DNA of 64,000 bases, from contig JAITRZ010000049.1 in NCBI GenBank assembly GCA_031288185.1, positions 31,425 through 95,424 of the forward strand, read 5' to 3'. The translations under genes were made by a program, and so were the position numbers. The first letter of the stretch is position 1, and every line of letters begins with the position of its first letter. Below are positions 10,085-18,730 of this stretch, in pieces. The notes under the pieces are model-generated. The model saw only the letters and a program-made list of their open reading frames with translations, was not told the origin of the DNA and ran no database searches. The DNA is from Coriobacteriales bacterium (GTDB taxonomy: Bacteria; Actinomycetota; Coriobacteriia; Coriobacteriales; UBA8131).

Positions 10085-10580
10085 TGGTGCTGCGTCGGCT
10101 GTGCGCTCCCAACAGTCTGGGCAGATGAGCGTGGAGTTAGCCCTCTGTATTCCGGTAATACTGATGGTGACCGGTGTCTTGTTGAATGTTTTGGGCTATC
10201 TAAATGTCTGCGCGCGCTTTGACCGCGTGGCAGCAGAAGCCATACGTATTGAGGCAACCTCACCCGGCTATGGGCAGGCAGGTTCAGATGCAAGCGCCGC
10301 AAGAGCTCGCGCGTTAATAGAACGATCCTTTGCTCAATCTCTGTTGAGTATCGGTGTTGATATTGCGATTGAGGTTGAGCCTCAAGACGCATTGGCGGGA
10401 GGTTCTGGGGTTGCAGGCGCAGACATCGGTTTTTCTCTTCTTCCGCGCCTGGAAACCTATCGCTGCAGCATCACCTACCATCCCTGGCCGTTTGATCGGA
10501 TTGCTGGCCTGCGTTTCTTTGTTCTTACCCATCAACGTGACTATACCGTTGATCCTTACAGGCCGGGGGTGTTCTTTTGA
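10068..10580 (+). CDS. TadE/TadF-like pseudopilin
   Basis: QSGQMSVELALCIPVILMVTGVLL matches the TadE-type leader and helix. GGTGGAG RBS before ATG 10068. Confidence 0.55.
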   Translation: MLFGSNGAASAVRSQQSGQMSVELALCIPVILMVTGVLLNVLGYLNVCARFDRVAAEAIRIEATSPGYGQAGSDASAARARALIERSFAQSLLSIGVDIAIEVEPQDALAGGSGVAGADIGFSLLPRLETYRCSITYHPWPFDRIAGLRFFVLTHQRDYTVDPYRPGVFF

Positions 10581-11035
10581 AGCACAGGGCGATGCCAGGT
10601 TTGAATGTGCTGGAGAAAAGACGTCTTAAAGTGGCCAGGGCTACGCTATGCTGCCTGTTGCTATTGCTGGCAGGGATGTCCCTGTGCCAGGCTCTTAACA
10701 GCAGTGGTATCGAACGGTGGATAGACTCGTATCGAACACCACCTGAACCAGAGACAGATAACGATCCGCTTGGCATTGGAGACAGGGAGCTGAACTTTAT
10801 GCAGTCATCGGCTGAAAGCAACATTTTTTGGTATACGAGTGCAGAGGATATGGCCTTGACAGCAACGCTAGTTGATAGGAAGCTCTGCACAGCCGGTTGG
10901 CAGCCTCTGCCATCTGGCCAAAGCGCATTACTCAGCTACATCCTGGAGGCTAATGCCCAGCGAATGGGTGCTACTGCCCTGGTGTCTATAACCGAGCAAA
11001 GCATGGGTTGTTCGGTACTAATACAGATATTTTAG
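10577..11035 (+). CDS. hypothetical secreted protein in the tad locus
   Basis: Signal-like N-terminus (LCCLLLLLAGMSLCQA). Start overlaps the previous stop. Weak C-terminal resemblance to the 6071-6754 product. Confidence 0.4.
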   Translation: MKHRAMPGLNVLEKRRLKVARATLCCLLLLLAGMSLCQALNSSGIERWIDSYRTPPEPETDNDPLGIGDRELNFMQSSAESNIFWYTSAEDMALTATLVDRKLCTAGWQPLPSGQSALLSYILEANAQRMGATALVSITEQSMGCSVLIQIF

Positions 11036-11067
11036 GAGGTTACCATGTGTAACGTTGCGAGAGTACC

Positions 11068-11466
11068 ATGAAGGTGGTAATGGCAACCAGCATGATGGAA
11101 AAACTAGTAGGCTTATTGCCAAAGAACAGGTGTGCCAACGGAGAGGTAATGATGTTCGCGCCCTGTCGTAGCATCCACAGTTTTGGAATGAGGAGCAAAC
11201 TGGACATCGCCTTCCTTGATAAGAAAGGATTAGTATTGGCGGCAGAACGCGAGCTACCAGCATGCAAACTGCGCTCCCAACGTCAGGCAGTGGTGGTGTT
11301 AGAGCGTCGTAGCTGTCCGTTTGATCCCTGGCCACAGGTTGGCGACAGACTGTCACTGAACTTTATCTCTAGATGGCAATTTTCTGCTAGTTTGGATAGC
11401 AGTCAAGAGAATCTGAGCCCAAAAGAACATGAGATAGAAACCTGGCAAAACAGGAGCTGGTTATGA
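11068..11466 (+). CDS. DUF192-family protein
   Basis: MMFAPCRSIHSFGMRSKLDIAFLDKKGLVL matches the conserved DUF192 core (C-x-S-I/V-H-T/S-F-G-M ... D-x-x-F-L-D). Confidence 0.6.
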   Translation: MKVVMATSMMEKLVGLLPKNRCANGEVMMFAPCRSIHSFGMRSKLDIAFLDKKGLVLAAERELPACKLRSQRQAVVVLERRSCPFDPWPQVGDRLSLNFISRWQFSASLDSSQENLSPKEHEIETWQNRSWL

Positions 11467-11891
11467 AAGCCTGCCCAAACTGTTCCAGTGTAACCTTTGA
11501 TGATATGGATATTTGCTATGACTGCATGAATCCGTTTGTCGAACCGATACGGCACGACCTTTCCAATACGGCGGCAGCAGATCACCTTGGTAGTATTCGA
11601 TTTCAAGTTGTCGTCGCAGAACAATTTGCCTATGAGATGATCCTGATCAAGGCCGATGGCCATGCACTAAGCGTAGGGTCGGCCGCAAACAATGAGATTG
11701 TCATTCCTCAGGAAAGGGTAGGAGAGCACCATCTGCATATCTTTTTTGCGCATGGTCGGGTCTGGGTTGAAAGTACCGATGCTTGCCGTGCCGCCAGTAT
11801 CGACGGTCAGCCTATCTCCGGCACGCTGTGCGTTAACAATGGCAGCCAGCTTCAAGTTGGCGATGCCTGCATTACCCTCATGGAAAGATAA
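11463..11891 (+). CDS. zinc-ribbon plus FHA-like domain protein
   Basis: N-terminal CPNC...CYDC ribbon. C-terminal FHA-like pattern LSVGSAANNEIVIPQERVGEHHLHI...IDGQPI...LQVGDACITL. ATGA overlap with the DUF192 gene. Confidence 0.55.
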   Translation: MKACPNCSSVTFDDMDICYDCMNPFVEPIRHDLSNTAAADHLGSIRFQVVVAEQFAYEMILIKADGHALSVGSAANNEIVIPQERVGEHHLHIFFAHGRVWVESTDACRAASIDGQPISGTLCVNNGSQLQVGDACITLMER

Positions 11892-12098
11892 GCGTAGGGT
11901 AAGGTTTCAGCCGTGGCACTCTTGCGGCCTGGGGATACAAAAGGCCCTTTGACGCAGGAATCAAGATTAGCAATGGTATCAACCTTTAAGAGGCCAACTT
12001 CCTAAAACCATTAGCCCCTTATTGGCCCCATTTTAGCCCCTCGCAGGCATCTTTATCATATCTAGCAATAATAGTTTATGCTATCTACCTGCGGTTTT

Positions 12099-12124
12099 AC
12101 TGGTCGGGGTGATTGATTTGCACC
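12099..12124 (-). repeat. degenerate duplicate of the 3' end (acceptor/T-arm) of tRNA-Pro
   Basis: actggtcggggtga at 12099-12112 is identical to 12206-12219 (tRNA-Pro 3' end plus 2 flanking nt). The following ttgatttgcacc resembles caggatttgaacc of the tRNA. Confidence 0.6.
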
Positions 12125-12206
12125 CTCAAATCCGGCCTGCGTAAGCAGGCAGCGGTGGCTTGCCGCCGCTGTGTCATCCCGCCGATAGGCGTGCGGGTCG
12201 AAAGGA

Positions 12207-12284
<78 letters not shown>

Positions 12285-12776
12285 ACGATAACCACCGGCT
12301 GTTATATTGACCGCTGGCTGTGATATTGCTGCATCGGGCTCAGTCAGTCACAGGAGGCTAAGCACGGCCCCCAATGCTGTCTGCACGCCACAATCACCCG
12401 CACAACCAGCGCCTTGGCGAAAGCCTAGCGTGCCCATTGTCACTGAGCCAAACAGGTGACCAACAACACGAGGACAGTTTACCGCACTTTATTCTGCTTG
12501 TCAGTTTGCGACGGAAAGAGGTGGGGGAGTAAACTACATCACGTGTCATCACAAAAGACAGGTAGGATAGTACCAAAACAAAGCATCACTCAGGCGCGCA
12601 TCACTAAAACGGGCACTCTGATACCGGCCTGTTTTGATGATTTCCCCACTACGGGAGATAAAACATACTCAAAAGTCAGAAAACCTGAGCGCAAAGATCC
12701 CTCTTGGCACATCGGGCACATCCGCTGCCATTGCCGATACCGTGCCGCCTAGGTCTCATGTCCAACTGGGCGCATA

Positions 12777-12785
12777 TGCTATACT
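12777..12785 (+). promoter_or_regulatory. candidate extended -10 (TGcTATACT) for tRNA-His
   Basis: tgctatact lies about 21 nt upstream of the tRNA-His 5' end. No convincing -35 element. Confidence 0.35.
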
Positions 12786-12806
12786 CTCTGGCGCGCGTTG
12801 ATTTTT

Positions 12807-12883
12807 GGTGGGCGTAGCTCAGCTGGCAGAGCGACGGACTGTGGCTCCGTAGGTCGAGGGTTCAAGCCCCTTCGCCCACCCCA
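12807..12883 (+). tRNA. tRNA-His (anticodon GTG) with encoded G-1 and CCA
   Basis: G-GTGGGCG/TA/GCTC-AGCTGGCA-GAGC/G/ACGGA-CTGTGGC-TCCGT/AGGTC/GAGGG-TTCAAGC-CCCTT/CGCCCAC-C-CCA. Confidence 0.92.
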
Positions 12884-12976
12884 TAACAGGCGCACTCAAA
12901 AGAACCGGCACCGTTCCTTTCCTCTTTGTGAACCGTATGACGTAGACTTTCTAACCATCAGGACAGGCAAATTCCC

Positions 12977-13699
12977 GTGAAGGATGCTCCCGTGCAAAAA
13001 ATCGACACCGTATTCTTTGATGCTGGCAACACGCTTCTGCGACCCGCCGCCGATGAGGCACAGACCTTCGCTCGTCTGGCCGCCGCTATGGGCGCTCAGG
13101 TGAACCTGGAGACGGTGAGCTCGCATATCCCCACCATGTATCTACTCTACGACCGCCTCCACAGTAATGATGAATCATTTTGGCAAAATGACCGTCGACT
13201 GCGCGCAATCTGGCTGGAGATGTACAATCATCTGGGGGAACTCACCGATGTTCCAGCTAAACTGCGTATGCAGATTGCCGAAAGAGCCTATGAACACTAC
13301 TTCTCCGCGCAGGCATGGCAACCGTTTGATGACACGCTACCCGCGCTTCAGGCCCTTCAGAAGCGCGGCGTTAGAATGGGTATCATCTCCAACTGGGAAT
13401 CTACCCTAAAAGGCATTATCAGCGGCCTGGGCCTGTCAAGCTATTTCGACTGCATCATCAGTTCGGCCGAGGTTGGTCTACACAAACCAATGCCTGAGGT
13501 GTTTGAACTGGCCTTGACCAGTCTTGACGCCCGTCCTGAACAGAGCCTTCATATTGGTGACACCATTTCAGCAGACATCCACGGAGCGCGCGCCGTGGGC
13601 ATTACACCGGTGCTGATAGACCGCGAAAACCAGCACGCACAGGCAGATAGCCTGCGCATTGAGGATCTCCGTCACCTGCTCAACATAATCGGCGACTGA
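12977..13699 (+). CDS. HAD-superfamily hydrolase (subfamily IA-like)
   Basis: Motif I-like VFFDAGNTLL, motif II IISNW, motif IV HIGDTISADIHGA. GTG start 12977 (alternative GTG at 12991). Confidence 0.75.
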   Translation: MKDAPVQKIDTVFFDAGNTLLRPAADEAQTFARLAAAMGAQVNLETVSSHIPTMYLLYDRLHSNDESFWQNDRRLRAIWLEMYNHLGELTDVPAKLRMQIAERAYEHYFSAQAWQPFDDTLPALQALQKRGVRMGIISNWESTLKGIISGLGLSSYFDCIISSAEVGLHKPMPEVFELALTSLDARPEQSLHIGDTISADIHGARAVGITPVLIDRENQHAQADSLRIEDLRHLLNIIGD

Positions 13700-13783
13700 T
13701 CTTCGCTGCATGGTGCGACTGACCGTCATCGAATGGTGTGACCGGCCGTCATCGAACGGCGCGACTGACCGTCGTTTAATCTT
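13692..13783 (+). repeat. about 4 imperfect tandem copies of a 23-bp unit; the first copy contains the HAD gene's last codons and TGA stop
   Basis: Units gcgactgatcttcgctgcatggt / gcgactgaccgtcatcgaatggt / gtgaccggccgtcatcgaacggc / gcgactgaccgtcgtttaatctt. Pairwise identity 17-18 of 23. Confidence 0.8.
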
Positions 13784-13893
13784 CTCCTGTCCCCGATCCC
13801 GATCATTGGCCAGGCAGGGGCGTTGTTTTGGGGTTTTGGGGTAGGGTCTGTTGGCCGGTTGTTTTGTTTGTCGGTGTTATCGTGGGGCCTGCT

Positions 13894-13902
13894 GTGGTAG
13901 AA
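13894..13902 (+). promoter_or_regulatory. candidate extended -10 (TGGTAGAAT) upstream of rpsO
   Basis: tggtagaat lies about 130 nt upstream of the rpsO ATG, implying a long leader. The -35 is poor. Confidence 0.35.
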
Positions 13903-14030
13903 TGAAGGTACCCATTATGACCCTGTGCTTGGATATGCGCTTACCACCAACGTATTTCTCAGCCAGCGGTGTACTACAAACCAGGGCTGTTAGACACATA
14001 AACACCCCGGCAGAAAGGTAGGTGGAAATC

Positions 14031-14306
14031 ATGCCCCTGAGCAAGGAGCGTAAAGCTCAAATCATCGCCGAATACGGCAAGGATGCCGACGATTCTGGCT
14101 CTGCAGAAGTGCAGGTAGCCTTGCTTACCGAGCGTATTCGTGACCTCACTGAGCACCTAAAGCTACACAAAAAGGATCATCATACTCGGCGTGGGCTGTT
14201 GATGTTGGTGGGTAAGCGCCGCCGGCTGCTTACGTATATCAAGCGTCGCGATGTTGTGCGCTACCGAGAACTGATTGCCCGCCTGGGCATCCGTGATAAT
14301 ATCTAA
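14031..14306 (+). CDS. rpsO: 30S ribosomal protein S15
   Basis: [57 protein letters not shown] is canonical S15. RBS AAAGGTAGGTGG upstream. Confidence 0.95.
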   Translation: MPLSKERKAQIIAEYGKDADDSGSAEVQVALLTERIRDLTEHLKLHKKDHHTRRGLLMLVGKRRRLLTYIKRRDVVRYRELIARLGIRDNI

Positions 14307-14315
14307 GGATCGTTT

Positions 14316-16529
14316 ATGACAAAAATTTCCGAAAATTTTGAACTGTTTGGCAAGAATTACCGCATCAATAGCGGAGAGATGGCCAAGCAGGCCACTGGTT
14401 CGGTGCTTATCACCCAGGGCGAAACCATCGTTCTGGTTACGGCGGTGGTGTCTCACGAGCGCCGCGATCTGGATTTCTTTCCATTGACGGTGGATGTGGT
14501 TGAGCGTATGTACGCTGTTGGTCGAATACCCGGCGGTTACCTGAAGCGCGAAACCCGTCCCTCGGATAAGGGCACCCTGATGGCGCGCATGATCGATAGA
14601 CCACTGCGCACTGGTTTTCCGGACGGTTTTCGCAATGACGTACAGATAGTGGCCACCATCCTCAGCGCGGATCAGGAAAATCAGCCTGATGTAATAGCAA
14701 TTACTGCCGCCTCACTGGCGCTTATGCTGGGCGGCGTACCTTTTGATGGTCCGGTCGCAGGTGTACGTATCGCGCGCAATGTTCAAACCGGCGAATTCAT
14801 CGTCAATCCCACTTTTGCTGAAGAAGAACTTTCTGACCTGGAGTTGACGATGGCGGGCTCCGCTGATTACATCTCAATGGTCGAGGGCGGCGCTCAGGAG
14901 GTTTCTGAAGAGGATATGCTGGCGGCCATGGAATTTGGCCAGAAGGCCATCGCTGGGTTCTGCCATCTGCAACAACAATTACTTGACCGGATTCTGCCTG
15001 AACCATTGGTTTTTGAGCTGGATGTGCCGGTGCCCGAAGTAACCGAGCGTATCTCGCCATATTTCAACGATATGTTGTTGGCGCTCAAGGATACTGACAA
15101 ACAGGTTCGCTCTGAGCGTGTGTCAGAACTCAAAGAGCGCATCAAGGCCGATTTTTCAGAGTTTGAACAAGAAGAATGGGCGCGCGAGATTGCCGCCCAG
15201 CTCAAGGCTCTGGAAAAAAAGGCCATGCGTCATATGATTCTAACTACCGGCGAACGCGTGGATGGACGTCGAGCCGAAGAAATTCGCCCGATCAGTTCGG
15301 TGGTCGGTCTGCTGCCGCGGGCTCACGGCAGTGCTCTGTTTACTCGTGGTCAGACCCAGGTGCTTAGTGTGTTAACGCTGGGGATGTTAAACGAGTGGCA
15401 GCGTCTGGACACCATTGACCCAGCCCCTGGCAGGCGCTACATTCATCAATATAACTTTCCGCCCTTTTCTACCGGAGAAACCGGTCGTCTGGGTGCTCCC
15501 AAGCGTCGGGAAATCGGTCACGGCGCCCTGGCCGAGCGCGCGTTGCTGCCGGTTTTGCCCGATGAGGACAGCTTTCCCTACACCATTCGCATTGTAAGCG
15601 AAGTATTGGAATCCAACGGCTCATCCTCAATGGCCTCAGCGTGCGGCTCAAGCCTGGCCTTAATGGATGCTGGCGTGCCTATTACCACACCGGTCAGTGG
15701 GATTGCCATGGGCCTTATCAAAGAAGGCGACCAGGTGGCTATCCTGTCTGACATCCAGGGCCTTGAGGACTTTCTAGGCGACATGGACTTTAAGATTTGT
15801 GGCAGCAAAAACGGCATTACGGCCTTGCAGATGGACAATAAGGCCAGGGGCCTGTCGTTGGACATTCTGTCTGCGGCACTGCACCAGGCAAAGACTGGCC
15901 GTGAATTTATTTTAGGACGCATGCTTGAGGCTATCGCCGCGCCGCGGAGCAGCCTAAGTACTTTTGCTCCGCGCATCATAAGCATTAAGATACCGGTTGA
16001 CAAGATCCGTGATGTCATTGGCACCGGTGGTAAGGTGATTCGTGGCCTACAGGAGGAAACGGGTGCGACCATTGAGGTTACTGAGGATGGTACCGTCTAC
16101 ATTGCTTCCAAGGATGAAGGTGGCACCGCAGCCAAAGAACGCATTGAAGCCATCGTCAAGGTGCCGGAGATCGGCGAGGAGTATATGGGCGTTGTGGTGT
16201 CGATCCAGCCCTTCGGTGCCTTCGTAGAGCTCTTGCCAGGCAAAGACGGGCTCTTGCATATCAGCAAGGTTGCCAAGGGAAGGGTAGCGCAGGTTGAAGA
16301 TGTCTTGAGCCTCGGCGACAAGGTACATGTCAAGATCACCGATATTGACGAGAAAGAAAAGATTTCCCTGGATCGTCTGGATAAACCGGAGGTGTCAGGC
16401 GGTGGGGGAGAAAGCGGTCGAGAGCGTTCCGGGGGCAGTGCCGGGAAAGGATACGGCAACGAGGGGCGGCGGCGCGACCATGACCGACAACGCCGTGATT
16501 CTGGACGTCAGCCGCGCAGGCGGCATTAG
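14316..16529 (+). CDS. pnp: polyribonucleotide nucleotidyltransferase (PNPase) with Arg/Gly-rich C-terminal tail
   Basis: Two RNase PH-like cores, KH (GTGGKVIRGLQEETG) and S1 (GVVVSIQPFGAFVELLPGKDGLLHIS). Directly downstream of rpsO. Confidence 0.95.
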   Translation: MTKISENFELFGKNYRINSGEMAKQATGSVLITQGETIVLVTAVVSHERRDLDFFPLTVDVVERMYAVGRIPGGYLKRETRPSDKGTLMARMIDRPLRTGFPDGFRNDVQIVATILSADQENQPDVIAITAASLALMLGGVPFDGPVAGVRIARNVQTGEFIVNPTFAEEELSDLELTMAGSADYISMVEGGAQEVSEEDMLAAMEFGQKAIAGFCHLQQQLLDRILPEPLVFELDVPVPEVTERISPYFNDMLLALKDTDKQVRSERVSELKERIKADFSEFEQEEWAREIAAQLKALEKKAMRHMILTTGERVDGRRAEEIRPISSVVGLLPRAHGSALFTRGQTQVLSVLTLGMLNEWQRLDTIDPAPGRRYIHQYNFPPFSTGETGRLGAPKRREIGHGALAERALLPVLPDEDSFPYTIRIVSEVLESNGSSSMASACGSSLALMDAGVPITTPVSGIAMGLIKEGDQVAILSDIQGLEDFLGDMDFKICGSKNGITALQMDNKARGLSLDILSAALHQAKTGREFILGRMLEAIAAPRSSLSTFAPRIISIKIPVDKIRDVIGTGGKVIRGLQEETGATIEVTEDGTVYIASKDEGGTAAKERIEAIVKVPEIGEEYMGVVVSIQPFGAFVELLPGKDGLLHISKVAKGRVAQVEDVLSLGDKVHVKITDIDEKEKISLDRLDKPEVSGGGGESGRERSGGSAGKGYGNEGRRRDHDRQRRDSGRQPRRRH

Positions 16530-16674
16530 CACCGTCCCGTAAGGGATTGGCGGCGATTGTTCGCTCCGATTCTGACGGATCACAAACGCGCGCGAAACGG
16601 TCACCTTTGACGCTGTTTTGCGTATGCTGTGAAGCAATAAGGTTGATCAATTCTGGTGACCACTGGAGGTCAGG

Positions 16675-17436
16675 ATGGTTGATACAAACGAGCATAACCC
16701 TGTTTCGAGCGTCGAGGCAACGATTCCTGGTGCCCCAGCGGCTGACAAACCAAACGTCGCTCCTTCCCAGCAGCCCGTCTCCGGCATACCACAGACTGGG
16801 TCAGGAACCAGCCCTACTCAACAGTTCTCACCTGGCTCACAGCAGGTACCTCCAGGTGCCGAATCGTCTGCAGTAGGTATCCAGCAGCAGATTCCATTGA
16901 ATGCCTATCAACCTCCGCCACCACCAGGTTCTGAGCAATCGACCTATCCGCCTCATGGTGCTGCGCCGCCAGCCCCTGGGCAGCCCCCCCATTTTGCTTA
17001 TCCACCTTATGGTGAAGCGCCCCCTCATGGCCCTGGACAGCCTCCCTCTTCGGCCTATAGCAGCGCGCCGCCGCCAGGGTCGGGTGTTTCTGGCGGTTGG
17101 CCAGGTGCTGTGCCGCCCCAGGGAGGCCATAACTACCAGGCCGGTCAGTATCAACAAAAGCAACGCTGGCAGGGCATCGGATCGCCACAAAAGGATAAAT
17201 GGGTGGCTACCGTTTTAGCCTTTACTTTAGGCTGGCTTGGTATCCATAAGTTTTACCTGGGCTATCGCACCGAGGGCCTGACCATGCTGCTTATTGCTCT
17301 GATCGCTGGCCTGTGCTTTGGTTTGGGTACGATTGCCATGTACGTTTTTGCTGTTATTGAAGCGGTTCATTACATTATCCTAACGCAAGAGGATTTTGAA
17401 CGAACCTATGTCGTCGGCTATAAAGGTTGGTTTTAA
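16675..17436 (+). CDS. TM2 domain-containing membrane protein with Pro-rich N-terminal region
   Basis: C-terminal KDKWVATVLAFTLGWLGIHKFYLGY is a TM2-domain signature. The N-terminus is a P/G/Q-rich repeat. Confidence 0.75.
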   Translation: MVDTNEHNPVSSVEATIPGAPAADKPNVAPSQQPVSGIPQTGSGTSPTQQFSPGSQQVPPGAESSAVGIQQQIPLNAYQPPPPPGSEQSTYPPHGAAPPAPGQPPHFAYPPYGEAPPHGPGQPPSSAYSSAPPPGSGVSGGWPGAVPPQGGHNYQAGQYQQKQRWQGIGSPQKDKWVATVLAFTLGWLGIHKFYLGYRTEGLTMLLIALIAGLCFGLGTIAMYVFAVIEAVHYIILTQEDFERTYVVGYKGWF

Positions 17437-17437
17437 G

Positions 17438-18691
17438 ATGTTTTATGAGCGCTCCCACTTACCTAACGGTTTTGAGATAGTCACTGAGAAGATGCCCGGC
17501 GTCCGCTCAGTAACCCTGGGCATCTGGTTTAGAGTTGGTTCACGTGATGAACTGAGCGAACAATTTGGTATCTCACATTTCATGGAACATATGATGTTCA
17601 AAGGCACGGCCAGTCGCAGTGCCTTAGACATCTCCGCTGCCTTTGATGCCATGGGTGCTGAACTAAACGCTTTTACCGGCAAGGAATACACCTGCTATTA
17701 TGCGCGAGTCTTAGATGAACACTTGCCTGTTGCCGTGGAGATACTGGCGGACATGCTCCAAAACTCATTGTTTGCTCAAGAGGCTGTAGATTCTGAACGT
17801 GAGGTAGTGATAGAGGAAATCGCCCGCTATGAGGATAGCCCGGATGACCATGTGGGCGATCTGTTTACGCAGGCATTGTTTCCTGCTCATCCATTAGGTC
17901 ACTCGATATTGGGAACTCGACAGATAGTAGGCTCTTTTACCCATGCCAACTGTCAGGACTACGTGCAACGCCATTATCATGCTGGCAATGCTGTGCTGGC
18001 TGCTGCGGGCAATGTTGACCACTCCCAGCTTGTTCAACTCTGTCAGGAACATTTTGGCTCCCTGGCTGCTGGCACGCCCAATCAGCGTAGGGCTGCTGAT
18101 CTGGCCGATCGCCAATCGCTGACCTTTCAACAAAAGGACACGGAACAGGCGCATCTTATCTATGGGATGTTTGGGGTGCCCTTGGGCGATGATGATCGTT
18201 ATGCGAGCCGTATCCTGGATAGCGCTCTTGGTGGACCGATGTCCTCGCGCTTGTTTCAGGAAGTACGGGAAAAGCGCGGTCTGGCCTATGCCATCTATGC
18301 CGCTACCGCGCCCTACATGCATGCGGCACAGTTCTTTGTCTATTGCGGCACCCGCCCCGCCAATCTTGGCAAGGCCCTGGAGATAATCCGTGCTGAACTC
18401 GCGCGTCTGTTGCAAAACGGCTTGGATACCTCAGAGCTAAACCGGGTTAAGGAGTACATTATTGGTCACCTGGTACTGTCAATGGAATCAACACGGGAGC
18501 GCATGGTTGAGTTGGGCGCCCACGCCGTACAGGCACTTGAACTGCGCTCTCTGGAACAACACATAGCCTCGTATCGTGCTGTCAGCCTGACAGACATTCA
18601 ACGTGTTGCCGAGAGGGTATTGACTCAACCAGCCACACTGGCGGTGATTAGTCCCTTAGATTTTGATGAACTTAAGAAGCTATCATCCTGA
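17438..18691 (+). CDS. M16-family (pitrilysin-like) zinc peptidase
   Basis: Inverted zinc motif HFMEHMMFKG (HxxEH). ATG 17438 lies 1 nt after the TM2 stop. Conserved actinobacterial position after pnp. Confidence 0.85.
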   Translation: MFYERSHLPNGFEIVTEKMPGVRSVTLGIWFRVGSRDELSEQFGISHFMEHMMFKGTASRSALDISAAFDAMGAELNAFTGKEYTCYYARVLDEHLPVAVEILADMLQNSLFAQEAVDSEREVVIEEIARYEDSPDDHVGDLFTQALFPAHPLGHSILGTRQIVGSFTHANCQDYVQRHYHAGNAVLAAAGNVDHSQLVQLCQEHFGSLAAGTPNQRRAADLADRQSLTFQQKDTEQAHLIYGMFGVPLGDDDRYASRILDSALGGPMSSRLFQEVREKRGLAYAIYAATAPYMHAAQFFVYCGTRPANLGKALEIIRAELARLLQNGLDTSELNRVKEYIIGHLVLSMESTRERMVELGAHAVQALELRSLEQHIASYRAVSLTDIQRVAERVLTQPATLAVISPLDFDELKKLSS

Positions 18692-18730
18692 GCGACCGGG
18701 ACGCTTTGCCAGACCTTTTGCGAGAAAGAC

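Noticed and set aside
12456-12752. 98-aa ORF between the two tRNA genes
   Set aside because: No RBS is present, the composition is odd (Thr/Lys/Arg/Cys-rich), and it lies in the promoter space of divergent tRNAs. It is not supported as coding.
13692-13783. Short tandem arrays (here and at 24149, 33695, 53255, 59770) considered as miniature CRISPR arrays
   Set aside because: The units are contiguous, with no unique 25-40-bp spacers. There are at most 4 copies, and no cas genes or leader are present in the window.
15578-18415. Antisense ORFs 15578-16072 (164 aa) and 17894-18415 (173 aa)
   Set aside because: They are embedded opposite pnp and the M16 peptidase respectively, with low-complexity composition and no independent start signals.
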